Part shown: positions 28,801-36,745 of the stretch, in pieces
Position numbering within the stretch: the stretch's first letter is position 1
Layout: each line of letters starts with the position of its first letter
Virus record (IMG/VR): IMGVR_UViG_3300042992_000792
Span: 1-38,923 of that record
Strand: one strand, 5' to 3'
Origin: a virus
Lineage: Duplodnaviria > Caudoviricetes
Length of the DNA: 38,923 bases
The notes under the pieces: model-generated
The model's input: only the letters and a program-made list of their open reading frames with translations
Told to the model about the DNA's origin: nothing
Database searches by the model: none
Position numbers and translations under genes: made by a program

Positions 28801-31800
28801 TCACGTGTTGCGCTCTCTTGACCGATCATCCTTGTGTTGCGTACAAGGATGGCATCTACTCCGCCGAGTGACGGCAGTACCACCACATTCTCTGCTGCTT
28901 CGGGGAAAGCAAACTGTGACTTGGCTTTCTTATCCGGCACAACAAAAGGCGTACCTGCTTTGATCGTGCCATTATCGGTACCCAAAACAGTCAGCGCATT
29001 ACGGTCCGAATATCCGCTCTTACTTACAGCCATCAGTTTAGGGCCAATGTTGATATGGGTGACTCCATCGTCCCGAACATCATCCAATGCCAGACGTACA
29101 TTTCCGTCGTCGTCCATCTCAACGGAACCAGTATACCCACCAACCGAGCCTCGTCTCCCTACCACATCAGCAAGGAACTGAGTTTTCTTGGGGGCTGTGG
29201 GTGCTACACCCAACTCCAATTCTGATTGACCTTCTTCGTCGAACTTTAGCGGCTTGTCGTACGGGTTTGCGGCAGACGAAGTCTTAGCTCTCTTCTGTGC
29301 ATCCTCACTATTCTTAATGTCTATTTGTGTTTGGCGTGCCAGTTCCGCATTCGCGTTATCCATCTGGCGTTGCACGATCTCCATTGTAGATGGGCTTCCT
29401 GCCTTACTCAAACGGTCTGCAATATCTTTAAGGCCGGATGCTTTGGCTTCCAATGCAATAGCCACATCTGATTTAGTTACTGGTGTCAGTTGACCAATAG
29501 TACTAGTAATACCACCCAAGGAACCGCCTAGAATACCTGCTGTCCATATCTGGTTAAGGCGCTCAGTAAGTGGGGTCTCCCGATCAGTAGCCGCATCTTC
29601 CAGCTTAATCTGAATTGCTTGGTCGAGTGCTTCTTCAAAGGCTTCGTTTTTAAAACCACCTAACGAAGTGCGGATAAAATTCTTATAAGAACTTCCGACA
29701 GCAGAATTCATCGCGTCTATGAACGCCTCGTCCTTTACAGCTCTCCCTTCATTTTTAATGTTCTGCCAAAGAATTTTTGATTGTTTAAAATTAAGTTCAT
29801 CGAGGGGGATTGGTCTACCACCAGCTGCGCGGATAGCGTCATCCGTCTCGCCAGCTGCCATAGCGCGAAGTTTTTTAGTGGCAATATCTTCAACAGCGCC
29901 CCTACCCAAGAAGCTCATGCCTCCGGTAATTGCGGCGGTAGAGATACCAGAAGCAATAGCGTAGCCAAACGATTGCTTGTGCTTCTCTTCGTGGCTTAAC
30001 GTATCGGGCAACTGATTATAAATAGACCCGTATGTCGAGCCAGCGGAACGAGTGAAAGAAACTGCAAGTAGTGGTGCTAGTTCTGTAGCTTGCCCCAATT
30101 TAGTTGCAACACTATCACCGATAGTTTTAAGGGCTGCGCCTGTTGTGGCGTCACCGCCAACTTCAACAGCAGCTTTACCCGCAATAACAGCGGCCTCATC
30201 CAATTCGGATACAACTGTTTTCGCAGCGTTACGAAAAACATTTTTGGCTGTGGCCTTAACGCCAGTTTTAATAGCTCCACCCAAACCACCTGTCGCGATC
30301 GTAGCGACAATATCGGTTCCAACTTGGGGTACTGTGTTAATTAACTGGAAGCCAAGACCGTATTCGTCACCAAACAAACGCGAGTACTCTTGCCTGTCAG
30401 ACTGATCTTTCTGTAGGGCACCCATTGCTTTAGCGGCGGACTCGTTACCAGCAAGAGCGACAAGACCCAACGGCAATTCGACAACAGACTTGATAAACCC
30501 CTTGCCCAATTGTTCGAGGCGTGTGTTGAACCCATTGTAGTTCTCGTCTTTGGATACCCACGATTCAATGAACTGAGAATCGGTCAGACCTTGGGCTCGT
30601 GCCTTAGCATATTCCGAAACAGCCTCCGGCTCCTCGGACAGGATGAGGCTCTTCAGGCTAGGCGCTACAGCCTCAAGATCACGCTGGCGTCCCAACCGAG
30701 CGGAGCTTTTCTGTTCATCGTTTAGCGTAGAAGAGTTAAGGGCTTGTTCAAACAACTCCTTCTTCGGAAGCAATGAAGGTGAGATGATGGAGTTGCCGAG
30801 GGTGTCGGTCATGATACCAGTCTCCGGCTTGTCGGCACGGAAGGCTGGCATGGACTTACGGATCTCAAGGTTGTCGCTGAACTCTTTAAGGATCTCAGGG
30901 CTGAACTTATCAGTAAACGCTTTGTTCTGACTAAGAATATCATACAGCGTGGCGTCCTCGCCGTACTTGTTCGGAGTTGGTTCTTTAACTTTCTCACCAG
31001 TTACTGCTGCTTTAACTGTCGTGCCACCTTCTACAATCTTTTCAGCAGCCCAATCAAATGGCTTTGCAACAATACCCTTTACCGCTTCAAAAACATTCTC
31101 ACCTGTAGTAAGTTGTTCCTTCCGTTTCTGCTCTGTAAGACTGCCAGCACGATCCGTTACAACTTCAGTCGCGTCTGCATCTCCTTTGAGATAATTAACC
31201 GCCGCTTGTTCGAACGCGGCGTAACTTGACAGTTTAGCGTTTGTGCTGATACCGCCGTTAATCGGGCTTACAAGACCTTTGACGCCCACAAGATCCGCTG
31301 TTGATAGGGCACCGTTTTTAAGTAGTGTATCAATAGAGCCGTTGACAGTCTCCGATTTAGCGTACGGGCTCGAATACAATTGCCGACCTTTATCCGTATC
31401 CACAGCCACAACATCAAAGTCCCCACGATCCACCGCAGAAATGCGGGCCTGTTTCACAAGCTCACGATCTTTTAGAATGTCGCTGACGGCACCGTCTATC
31501 TCGGTTGTGCTATTGGGGTTGACGTTCTTATTATCGAGATACCTCGATAGCGTTGCTTTCTTAATACTTACATCCGTAGGGTCGAGGTCATCTGCACTAT
31601 TGCGTAAGTGCTCTAACACAAAACGAGCGTCGGAGTCTTGGTCTTGTTTTGCGCCAACCACACGACTGAACAAGGACTTCGCCTCCTCTTCTGGTGTGTC
31701 ATCTTTCAACAAGCCATCCATTTTCAGGCGTTCCTTCACGCCGTTTTGGATTTCGCCCTCAACCTTTTGAGTGAGCCCCCCAGATTTAAAGTAACTTGAA

Positions 31801-31892
31801 CGGACGTAATCCGTGTAGTTCTTTATTTTCTCAACCTTATCTTGTCCTTTGTCTTCGGTTGACCAGTCTTCGTACGATTTAATCTCCAGCAT
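19806..31892 (-). CDS. Giant polyvalent internal virion/ejection protein (4028 aa)
   Basis: 12-kb ORF with two HExxH motifs (HEFLH, HELGH), an ART-PolyVal-like segment, a ParB-like segment and G/A-rich hydrophobic N-terminal helices. Confidence 0.8.
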   Translation of the reverse strand: MLEIKSYEDWSTEDKGQDKVEKIKNYTDYVRSSYFKSGGLTQKVEGEIQNGVKERLKMDGLLKDDTPEEEAKSLFSRVVGAKQDQDSDARFVLEHLRNSADDLDPTDVSIKKATLSRYLDNKNVNPNSTTEIDGAVSDILKDRELVKQARISAVDRGDFDVVAVDTDKGRQLYSSPYAKSETVNGSIDTLLKNGALSTADLVGVKGLVSPINGGISTNAKLSSYAAFEQAAVNYLKGDADATEVVTDRAGSLTEQKRKEQLTTGENVFEAVKGIVAKPFDWAAEKIVEGGTTVKAAVTGEKVKEPTPNKYGEDATLYDILSQNKAFTDKFSPEILKEFSDNLEIRKSMPAFRADKPETGIMTDTLGNSIISPSLLPKKELFEQALNSSTLNDEQKSSARLGRQRDLEAVAPSLKSLILSEEPEAVSEYAKARAQGLTDSQFIESWVSKDENYNGFNTRLEQLGKGFIKSVVELPLGLVALAGNESAAKAMGALQKDQSDRQEYSRLFGDEYGLGFQLINTVPQVGTDIVATIATGGLGGAIKTGVKATAKNVFRNAAKTVVSELDEAAVIAGKAAVEVGGDATTGAALKTIGDSVATKLGQATELAPLLAVSFTRSAGSTYGSIYNQLPDTLSHEEKHKQSFGYAIASGISTAAITGGMSFLGRGAVEDIATKKLRAMAAGETDDAIRAAGGRPIPLDELNFKQSKILWQNIKNEGRAVKDEAFIDAMNSAVGSSYKNFIRTSLGGFKNEAFEEALDQAIQIKLEDAATDRETPLTERLNQIWTAGILGGSLGGITSTIGQLTPVTKSDVAIALEAKASGLKDIADRLSKAGSPSTMEIVQRQMDNANAELARQTQIDIKNSEDAQKRAKTSSAANPYDKPLKFDEEGQSELELGVAPTAPKKTQFLADVVGRRGSVGGYTGSVEMDDDGNVRLALDDVRDDGVTHINIGPKLMAVSKSGYSDRNALTVLGTDNGTIKAGTPFVVPDKKAKSQFAFPEAAENVVVLPSLGGVDAILVRNTRMIGQESATRDVVITDPDQIQDTLKYYKLDPKMVAEQKDVGQLELDLFGEPAPAPVAEAPASEQLELPLTEVQPPVAVQEQPVQKKVSPEIETAREMVVGNPLVAELRLLATNGFKPEEINKVATQFTPEQFIDLETRLSAASKFALELDDTKTKDRTAILNSVESLTAINERVKVARIIPASAPQVVEATPEVAVAETPTTPAEPVQSQIKWDVRGIGSVPNQVDISYFGFEMPMLPSDFRKMVPEGVSGAETKGFIKEQVAAGEAIAPPFLEAEWDKKRKVWVVDPQEHEGRSRTDAAAEINPNSPMPVSILPKKGMRARSITEEMRTAPIVLKDNLDKVVYTPPQAAPDTAPIEPTVAAPVPAEPQAELPKQKKTKGKRRAVTPIEGTTVVDNPEDPAQQVVELEVKKDSLAETTMIPDFFRSAPPITLVEADKKVTESLAKIAADRAVGISVPPTILQAVHIMATRVNKAKKDLQIETTNLDNQIAEVEKPDEVVKTDVEVNRDHLIAIINGEKLAPEAAIEKAKKVVAPSKPFENESGVHRNETEAQLFSDFVNNGYPISNLTEFGFHNKKVSGISLGFPRAAGLPAYQVEIKQRILAGIKERFPFIEAPETDIVTVKSKVPFGNMEGTGSEYLPLPMVADSEQKPIRGFFTNDPRVTAAQMDLGKEVYASKETLQQIKNGEFNLNPSIEVDENTGRVKRVELYPNHSGVYGAGDLSLVGTSGYESRGEDKSMQLDSLLVEPAARYLDKAGPTARNRSAGISTYGSFMDDAVAASSLYEDVPLEESQAAKQTRRSRIGNLLLKTFNLDENNAENVVLSAQMDHSLQLKEFGLASRIAGVLEAARLKDPNTTIEDLKSLPKIIVQSMKDAEGNTPSYNYAASILKANRYGGTSPEDVLTNYGLNLYDRLTNGYLSKGVTSFSSLISIRARNTVKAQKRRGTLDTAVKTISVDAATQTTYPESKTAFAAMSQLISENDDVRASVIAAEEDNLTQLVNNLESNDTMYDLLFGIVQKSVPELNPNINSEDLVNIADRTLSSSKLDERKAISESLSKSTEGLQLANLLLEAGWLPPVGQAGRVIPPSMTAALSPQERTKALKPPTSNEAIRENVRAMKQLARTNLDIKLSISDDVTMAADAARKMNQAELDKLGVRSGDTESVVEAFRQIAETGKPQHRRVAALLVQSPELIRNVNFNIGDFNDVRFAGAFMPKSNLVVINLSGHNGRGIADVLLHEFLHAETHQIMTNPKTPMQRKALARITALRNLTKVEAGKRGLESDQFVDALGDDVEFLAYALTDVKFQGIITDATPTGQRSLLRRIVDAILNFFGVDKDANLSNPLEELIDFARMFATDTTYNINYRNTIRDRADQIQDVISSFKAELQMYNRSLQPDVRYKRSGIAALDAAYVAAVEAGDIDTAQQLVNEAARRAGYDTVGYHASGAPINVFDPNISTYGFWFADNEEAAANFKKWRDGAKTPFVVTKAFLKLDNPQEYANFWRHFVGDANRFDTRKDWKESLQAAGRRSARIEDDYWLDSDFVSRGEQYITFEPSQIKSAESVTFDDNGNVIPLSQRFQITSPDIRFARKSKLTNEQLDYLADLEAELEGGEPAMLSAIVEEKQLPTTDGWLFRDGTFMEVDLSTQGNAEAALVTHRDSIITVIVDKHESALEEFLDEKGVESQLMLDDNDIYELAKRLGYARVVSSGTELYVEATGELSARQRSALKDASIESEMSVIRDLGPNRARQFVTLFDGKLQFSPATEVDEPIERFEGALTGVANQLADLLPANINVEFDSTLDGEAAVSRADFRTIKVNAEKLYKRVANMNKRGAKASIRSLIDHELGHIAVGMEFTPDEVAKVADSLGEQRLQQIAEEYYSATGLTADEIRSRVATDRESGRLTNSDIADEWLRMTVTKVATGRTAENDIRYALKDPTLLDAVVRSIQAFITKLRQLFADYPTAETAAMVSRASRTFNKIRKGAAMPDSNVLEDTRFGDSESFLAALDGAPEVGRTMYAVPVMSSNPKKTDGFWATLKSKMYNMPAELRAISNMRTGTINTISSSLKDFIRDFPKMRDTAIAAGVSVDDIKTLFGTTAPPLTDAVLKDINNKVDSFEAQLDTTGLTDEQVEQRVLNYREDLKRDERLKFNIDFRKKQVAAEKAVAAAGFGGLVSKAIALRTDINKFKGNIGFDESNDVYLTRAYRYFTTEGWAMAARSGGQITIDGKVVDFEKLRSAAANAYYEQAEIILKKKGMPYSKQDVSDMTLNMLDKYLETLETMSKTTDRIAVDSLRQDLNRFKPKKDIDSTFRELLGEIDDPVANAANTLFKVGMMSANEQFRNQFAQTAIDLGLASKQPKPDYVQWRSESSFATMGPMAGLWFDPKIAGVLDETFGVNMANHMAHSTKMMSKIGRGVSRMSGLAVQMKTQLGIGYWPRNAIGGYLMGAAQGIFWNPLSDAGRESVIQSARGAFSNLPTEEKQRDAILRLVQLNVLNDQSQGRVVQDMIRGLIASPEQELLELMADIDEARATKDAGGVIARIKQKGLLKGVFDAVGSKYGSFTDFLGSLDGTIDGIYKVNAYYYERGIIDRHFGKSMSEAEKDEAAALKVKLVFAGHSQVIDAVQSFNRTPIANIFLPFARWKSEVFRTMLNTVPLAMEEINQGGLMARRGTRRLAGFIGTLTAAPTIIGTLASIVFRALSGDDEEEERMLNVNEIEALREGLPKWQRGHSLYAQVLKGNKIQFIDMTYILPHSQLTDMFKIISDGYRTGKGIEGSKLASYVVNDIIGVQIAAASIGEILSNQDNFGQPIYVETDSAPVKVNRMLMHYGKNALLPSASLKLYEAFRTGQQNTGEILLGEGLGARPRTLTFGEVERRAFRNLKSLQDSSVGIVGELMSGRYKSQDDVDDVIDRHQDAMNQTQARISNFIHTMKALGSSNSSIAASAKASRFSEDTIRSADAGYRIAWRGNDAWFGKAYANTKQGEEQDPNERLQMIANKLNKKPDIYWVNDPTE

Positions 31893-31921
31893 TGTGGGAT
31901 GGGGTTATGTGGTGTATTATG

Positions 31922-32905
31922 TTATTGTGTTATAAACGGGGAAATGTTTGGCTCAGGTTTTGGTTTGGAGCTAGTGTAGAGAGACGATGCGTTTGGTTGT
32001 GTCGGGGTGTTAGTACCACCACCCACTTTAACCTTCATGTAGTTGTGGCCAATCTGACGAGCGATATCCCACTGGGCTTTAGCGGATGGTGTCTCTTTAA
32101 ACTTCGCTATGTCTTCTTCAGAACCCAAAGCCTCCACAACACTAGACACTTTAAACGCAGAGCCCTCATCCTCAAAAACATCAGCGACCTCACCCTCTTG
32201 ACCAAACTTAGGTTTAGCTAGTTTAACAGTATTCAAACCAGAAACTAAAGAATCAATCGTGCTCTTCACTTCGTTTTGCCTTTTGGTTTCTTGTTCAAGA
32301 GCGTTCTTCTGTCTTTCTTTGGAGATACCGCTCTTGTTCAAACGGTCTAGCATCCATGCCGGATTCACTTCTTGATTGATGTCAACCTTTGTAACGTCAG
32401 GATTAATTTCGGAAAGGTATTTTGTATCGCCTCCGGAACGGACATAATCAAATACAGTAAGTTTCTTGTTGGTGTCATCACCAACACCAAGTTGTGCTGC
32501 GCCATATGCTTTGGCAGCAGCGTCGTTGGTCGCAAGAAGACCTGCATTCCTAACGCCCACGATTCCAATCTGGCGTTTACGTTCTGCCGAATCAATACTC
32601 GTGTCCTCAAGGATCGAATCAATCTGTTGTTGGAATGGTTGGAGAGACTCAAGCATATTGCGCTTATTAGCTGCGTCATCCCGCGCCTTCTCCAGTTCAA
32701 GTTTAGCTGTCTCAAAACCAAGGCTCCTAGTTTGTAGCTCTAAAGTCTTTGCTGTTTCACCCTCTAGTATTTGCTGTCGGTTTTTAAAAAAAGCTGTGGC
32801 AGTAGGTCCGCTTAACCCACTAGAGATATTGAAATATCTACGCATAAGAGGTTTAACGTCACCCTCATAAGAAAAAGAATCTTCTGTACTTTTATCTTCA
32901 GCCAT
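31922..32905 (-). CDS. Probable internal virion protein (327 aa)
   Basis: ORF track; helical; immediately upstream of the giant protein. Confidence 0.65.
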   Translation of the reverse strand: MAEDKSTEDSFSYEGDVKPLMRRYFNISSGLSGPTATAFFKNRQQILEGETAKTLELQTRSLGFETAKLELEKARDDAANKRNMLESLQPFQQQIDSILEDTSIDSAERKRQIGIVGVRNAGLLATNDAAAKAYGAAQLGVGDDTNKKLTVFDYVRSGGDTKYLSEINPDVTKVDINQEVNPAWMLDRLNKSGISKERQKNALEQETKRQNEVKSTIDSLVSGLNTVKLAKPKFGQEGEVADVFEDEGSAFKVSSVVEALGSEEDIAKFKETPSAKAQWDIARQIGHNYMKVKVGGGTNTPTQPNASSLYTSSKPKPEPNISPFITQ

Positions 32906-32922
32906 ATAAACAAAACTACAAA

Positions 32923-33948
32923 TTACTTTTTACGGTTTTTGCCGAGAATGAAATCAAGTTGACTTGCGGCGTTAAGGAAGTTGGAAGTTTCAAACATAGG
33001 CTTTAGTAATTCTTGTCCGGTAGTCATAGCGTCCCTAAGTACTGGTGTTGGGATACCACCAAGAGACCCACGCATACCAGCAGCGAGGACTCCCTCTGCC
33101 GTTGTCATGTTCTGCGGGTTTACTGGAGGCGTCGCAGGTGGGGGTGTCACGGGCACAGGTGCTGGGGGTGTCACGGGCACAGGTGGGGGTGTTACGGGCG
33201 CGGGTGCTGGTGCTGGTGCTGGTGTTGGTGTATTTTTTGTTAGACCACCAAAAAAAGATCTATCTAGATTAGCGGTTGTACGTTCGACGGGTGTAAGCAT
33301 ACCGACAGGTTGTGGTACTGCGCCCTTACCAGCATTTGCAAAATCAGAAATAAATTTTTCTTTTTCTTTCTGTTGATCGGCGGGACCAGTAATCTTAGCC
33401 GCCGTATCTGAAATAAACTTACGTACTTGTTCCGGTGTATAACCAGCGCGGATACCCGCTTCAAATGCACGAGCCTGTCCTTGCGGTCCTGCTAGTGCAC
33501 TACTATTTCCGAACGATGCGCTCTTCTCAAGATCAACAAGAAATTGTTGGTTAGCGGGTAGCGGTGCTTGAAGTGGTTCTAAGCCTCGTAGTTTGCGAAG
33601 AGCGTTCTTCACTTCAAATGCAGACTTATCACCGAAAGATTTAAAGCCTTGGAGTTCGCGTATAGTATCAAGTCGGTCTTCGGCCCACCATTTTTCTTGT
33701 TTATTTTTACCGGTGATATCAATTATTCTACCACTTCTATCCGCACCAATTTCACCCATCATGGATTCAGGGACTCCAGCTCTTTGCTGCCTATCGACAA
33801 TGTCAGCGGCAGCGTTCGCCGCAGCTAGATCACGTTTAGCCGAAACGTTGGGGGTGTTTGTGCCGAAGGTAGCTATATTGTAATCTCTACGTGCCTCCCG
33901 TTTGAGTTCCAGTATTTCTCTCGGTGATAGTTGACGCTTTTCAGACAT
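32923..33948 (-). CDS. Probable internal virion protein with Pro-rich linker (341 aa)
   Basis: ORF track; PAPAPAPVTPPPVPVTPP repeats at 33120-33230. Confidence 0.65.
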   Translation of the reverse strand: MSEKRQLSPREILELKREARRDYNIATFGTNTPNVSAKRDLAAANAAADIVDRQQRAGVPESMMGEIGADRSGRIIDITGKNKQEKWWAEDRLDTIRELQGFKSFGDKSAFEVKNALRKLRGLEPLQAPLPANQQFLVDLEKSASFGNSSALAGPQGQARAFEAGIRAGYTPEQVRKFISDTAAKITGPADQQKEKEKFISDFANAGKGAVPQPVGMLTPVERTTANLDRSFFGGLTKNTPTPAPAPAPAPVTPPPVPVTPPAPVPVTPPPATPPVNPQNMTTAEGVLAAGMRGSLGGIPTPVLRDAMTTGQELLKPMFETSNFLNAASQLDFILGKNRKK

Positions 33949-33954
33949 AATAAT

Positions 33955-34245
33955 TTACCAGTTGTAGTTACATGCCCACCATTTGGGCGTTAGTTTGTTC
34001 TTTTCGGATGAGCAGTTCATCCGAGACTTGAAATTAGCGCGACGTTTCTCGCTCTTATGTTGCAGGAAATCTTTGTAGCCGCGCTGGCCGAACTTCAGTT
34101 TGCGCACCTTGTCTCCGCTCTTCGCCAACACGACATATTTTTTAGGATCGCCAGCAGGGGCCTTCCTCGGCTTGTTAAAACCGGAAAACAATTCACCGTG
34201 GTATTTGATCTTACCGTCGGGGGTTCGTTTGAATTGAGCGGGCAC
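33955..34245 (-). CDS. Small basic conserved phage protein (96 aa)
   Basis: FSGFNKP..KKYVVLAK.GDKV...FG...RRANFKSRMNC...WWAC..W pattern familiar from aquatic phages; GTG start. Confidence 0.75.
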   Translation of the reverse strand: MPAQFKRTPDGKIKYHGELFSGFNKPRKAPAGDPKKYVVLAKSGDKVRKLKFGQRGYKDFLQHKSEKRRANFKSRMNCSSEKNKLTPKWWACNYNW

Positions 34246-34341
34246 GAGGGAGATACTGGTTTATTTTTGTCAAGAAATCAAGCAATAATTTTCTGACATT
34301 GAACTGGACCCTGTACCCTTTATCCTGTACCCTTTTGCCTG

Positions 34342-34626
34342 ATGCTCAAAAGTGTGCACATCGCCGGATACAGGATACCGATTAAGGTCAAGGATCTGGA
34401 AGACACGTACGGTCAGTACATACCGGACAGCAAAGTCATTGAGCTGGACAGGAAGACGATACAGGATGCGAAGCTCTTTAAGGAGACGCTGCGCCACGAG
34501 ATGGTCGAGGCTGCGCTGTACCTGTCAGGTGTCGCATACAGCGATACCTACAACCAAGAACCGATCGTTCGCGCTTTGGACGAACTGTTCTGGCCCGCTT
34601 GGCAGAAGGTCAGTGAAAAAATGTAA
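34342..34626 (+). CDS. Small metallopeptidase-like protein (HExxE variant)
   Basis: YGQY....VIEL...ETLRHEMVEA...EP.V pattern of small phage zincin-like proteins. Confidence 0.65.
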   Translation: MLKSVHIAGYRIPIKVKDLEDTYGQYIPDSKVIELDRKTIQDAKLFKETLRHEMVEAALYLSGVAYSDTYNQEPIVRALDELFWPAWQKVSEKM

Positions 34627-34629
34627 AAC

Positions 34630-34757
34630 TGATTTTTCTAAAGGCCCATATATAATTCTCTAGCCTTTAGGTAATTCATAATAACTCATTAATTCATATT
34701 GATTGAATTACTGAATTATTATGAATTACCACACTTCCTAGAACTTTTCAAACTTTT
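34630..34757. repeat. ~130-bp AT-rich element with palindromic TAATTCA core, copy 2
   Basis: Core 34672-34728; shares TCTAGCCTTTAGGTAATTCATAATA exactly with copy 1. Confidence 0.9.
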
Positions 34758-34852
34758 CTGACGTGCGTCTCCTGCAATTCACTTGCATTATGGTTAGGCA
34801 AATCTGTACCCGATCGACCACATTTCGCCGCTGTCGTCGTTCGCCGACAACA

Positions 34853-34873
34853 AAGTTGCTTATATTGCAACTT
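34853..34873 (-). terminator. Weak stem-loop after TerL
   Basis: AAGTTGC-N7-GCAACTT just past the TerL stop. Confidence 0.35.
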
Positions 34874-34880
34874 ACTTGCG

Positions 34881-36692
34881 TTAATCGTACACCAGATGGG
34901 CGTGCTTCGACCTACTGACTACGTCAAGATCCTTTAGGGTTCTCGGCATTGATGCGCCAAATATACCTGCCTCCGTCTTCTTGGGTGGGTCCACCGCAAA
35001 GAGTCCGTGCCGCTGCCTCGCGAGATCGAGCGTGATAAAGGCAGCATCCGCGATGTCCGGTGACTGCCCCATCCGTTGCTTGAGTTCGGCTTTGGTTTCG
35101 ACTTTGACTCGCAGGGTACCGGATTTGACCATCTCGTAGCGGCGGACGCACATCTCCTTCGCCAGCACGTCTGAGATTCCGCGCAGCTGTTGGGTACGCA
35201 GGAACTCCTTGCCGACGAACCAAAGCTCCGACACGCGGTTGGTGTACAGCTCCTCGCCTGTAAGTCTGCTGTTCATGCTCACCCGTCTGTCCGAAGCCTT
35301 GCCGCCGAACTGGACGCGCAGGAATTGATCCGACCATTCTCCGGCAAGCACGTCACAGAACGGAGAGCCAGCACCAGTCGAGTCAACCGCTACGTTCTCC
35401 GGCTTGATCCCTAACTTATTACACATGTCTCTAATTTGGTGGACAATCTGATATGTTCTCGGCACCGCCTTATTGGTGGCGTCGTCGTTCAGGTGGTAGT
35501 ATTCCTCGAACTGTGCGCCGTACTGTCCGTCCGTGAACTGACCAACCCTCATTGTGTACAGGATCGTTCTGTCGCCTCCGTTGGTGAATGCGGGGTCCAC
35601 TCCAGCAAGCAAGGTAGTAGGCCCGACAAACTCCGTACGCTTCATGGCACTGGCCTTCAGGATCTCGGACTCGCCGTAGATACCCTCCGCCTCATCACTG
35701 TCGAAGAACACGGCACGGACCATTCGCATGTAGGCCCTGCTGTTCTCACCCAACAGTGCCTTGTCTTCTGCAATCTTCTCGGTCGTCGGCAGGAATGGGT
35801 AGACCGTGTAGCCAGCCGCCACATTGGGGCTTCGTTCGCCGTCGAGTCGGATGTACTTACCACCCCACTTTGTGACCCACTCGTCGTCTACTTCCGGTGT
35901 TATAGACTCCCAGCCGCCTTTTGGCGTAGACCAGACACCGAACGAATCAAACCTACTGGCGGGGTTGGATAGACCCTTGAACTCAAATCGGGGGTTCTTG
36001 CTCAAGTTAGCAAGAGCTGCTTGCTGAATTGCTTCACTGAGTTCTCCTAATTCGTCACCAATTAGTAGTACGTGTTTTTGTTTAAGACCGATGAACTTGC
36101 CGATCGCCTCTCGCGTACGGCTTTTCTCCGCCGCAATGAGGGAGAGACCAGCTCTGTCGAAGGTCTGACCGTTCTCATCAATGTAGTTTGCCGATCCGAT
36201 TGAATCCCGAATATTGATCGGGGCTCCGTCAATGACGGATAGCAACGAGATAACCGAACCCCAGATCCGCTTACGAGCTTCCCGCAAAGAGGTGCTAGTC
36301 ATCAGAACAAGGGTGTCTCGCGGCTTTGCCAGCCATGTGATGATGCCGTAGCCAGCGAGAGTGTGGCTCTTGCCGCTCGACGCAGCACCGCCGATGGCAA
36401 GGTACTTGTTGTCAATACACTCCCGAATGATCTGTTCTGCCCAAGGATGTTTGAGGAACATGTGTTCTGGTAGGTCGTCCCTGTTCCAGAGCAGATCGGC
36501 GACCCGCCAGAAGTAAAACTCTTTGGCTTTGTTGGACGGGTGGTTAGCGAAACCCCACAACAATGCGGTAATCGTATTGGTAATCGGAATCAGGAAACCT
36601 CCGACATCCATCTTGTTACTGGCAGGATCAATCCTCGGTTCGAGTACGGAAGTTGTTATTTTGTCTGGATCGTATTTTCGCGGTCGGCCCAT
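34881..36692 (-). CDS. terL: Terminase large subunit
   Basis: Walker A GAASSGKS, Walker B LIGDE, LSNP coupling motif, nuclease GVDPA, VAVDSTG, SPDIADA; ATG 36692 preferred. Confidence 0.9.
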   Translation of the reverse strand: MGRPRKYDPDKITTSVLEPRIDPASNKMDVGGFLIPITNTITALLWGFANHPSNKAKEFYFWRVADLLWNRDDLPEHMFLKHPWAEQIIRECIDNKYLAIGGAASSGKSHTLAGYGIITWLAKPRDTLVLMTSTSLREARKRIWGSVISLLSVIDGAPINIRDSIGSANYIDENGQTFDRAGLSLIAAEKSRTREAIGKFIGLKQKHVLLIGDELGELSEAIQQAALANLSKNPRFEFKGLSNPASRFDSFGVWSTPKGGWESITPEVDDEWVTKWGGKYIRLDGERSPNVAAGYTVYPFLPTTEKIAEDKALLGENSRAYMRMVRAVFFDSDEAEGIYGESEILKASAMKRTEFVGPTTLLAGVDPAFTNGGDRTILYTMRVGQFTDGQYGAQFEEYYHLNDDATNKAVPRTYQIVHQIRDMCNKLGIKPENVAVDSTGAGSPFCDVLAGEWSDQFLRVQFGGKASDRRVSMNSRLTGEELYTNRVSELWFVGKEFLRTQQLRGISDVLAKEMCVRRYEMVKSGTLRVKVETKAELKQRMGQSPDIADAAFITLDLARQRHGLFAVDPPKKTEAGIFGASMPRTLKDLDVVSRSKHAHLVYD

Positions 36693-36745
36693 GTGGGCAA
36701 CATAGCTAAACAAAAAAGGTTTGACAAGTAATTGTTTTTGCCGTT

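Noticed and set aside
8535-34757. 130-bp repeats as IS/transposon ends or exact phage terminal repeats
   Set aside because: Direct rather than inverted, diverged rather than identical, and no transposase or integrase in the window.
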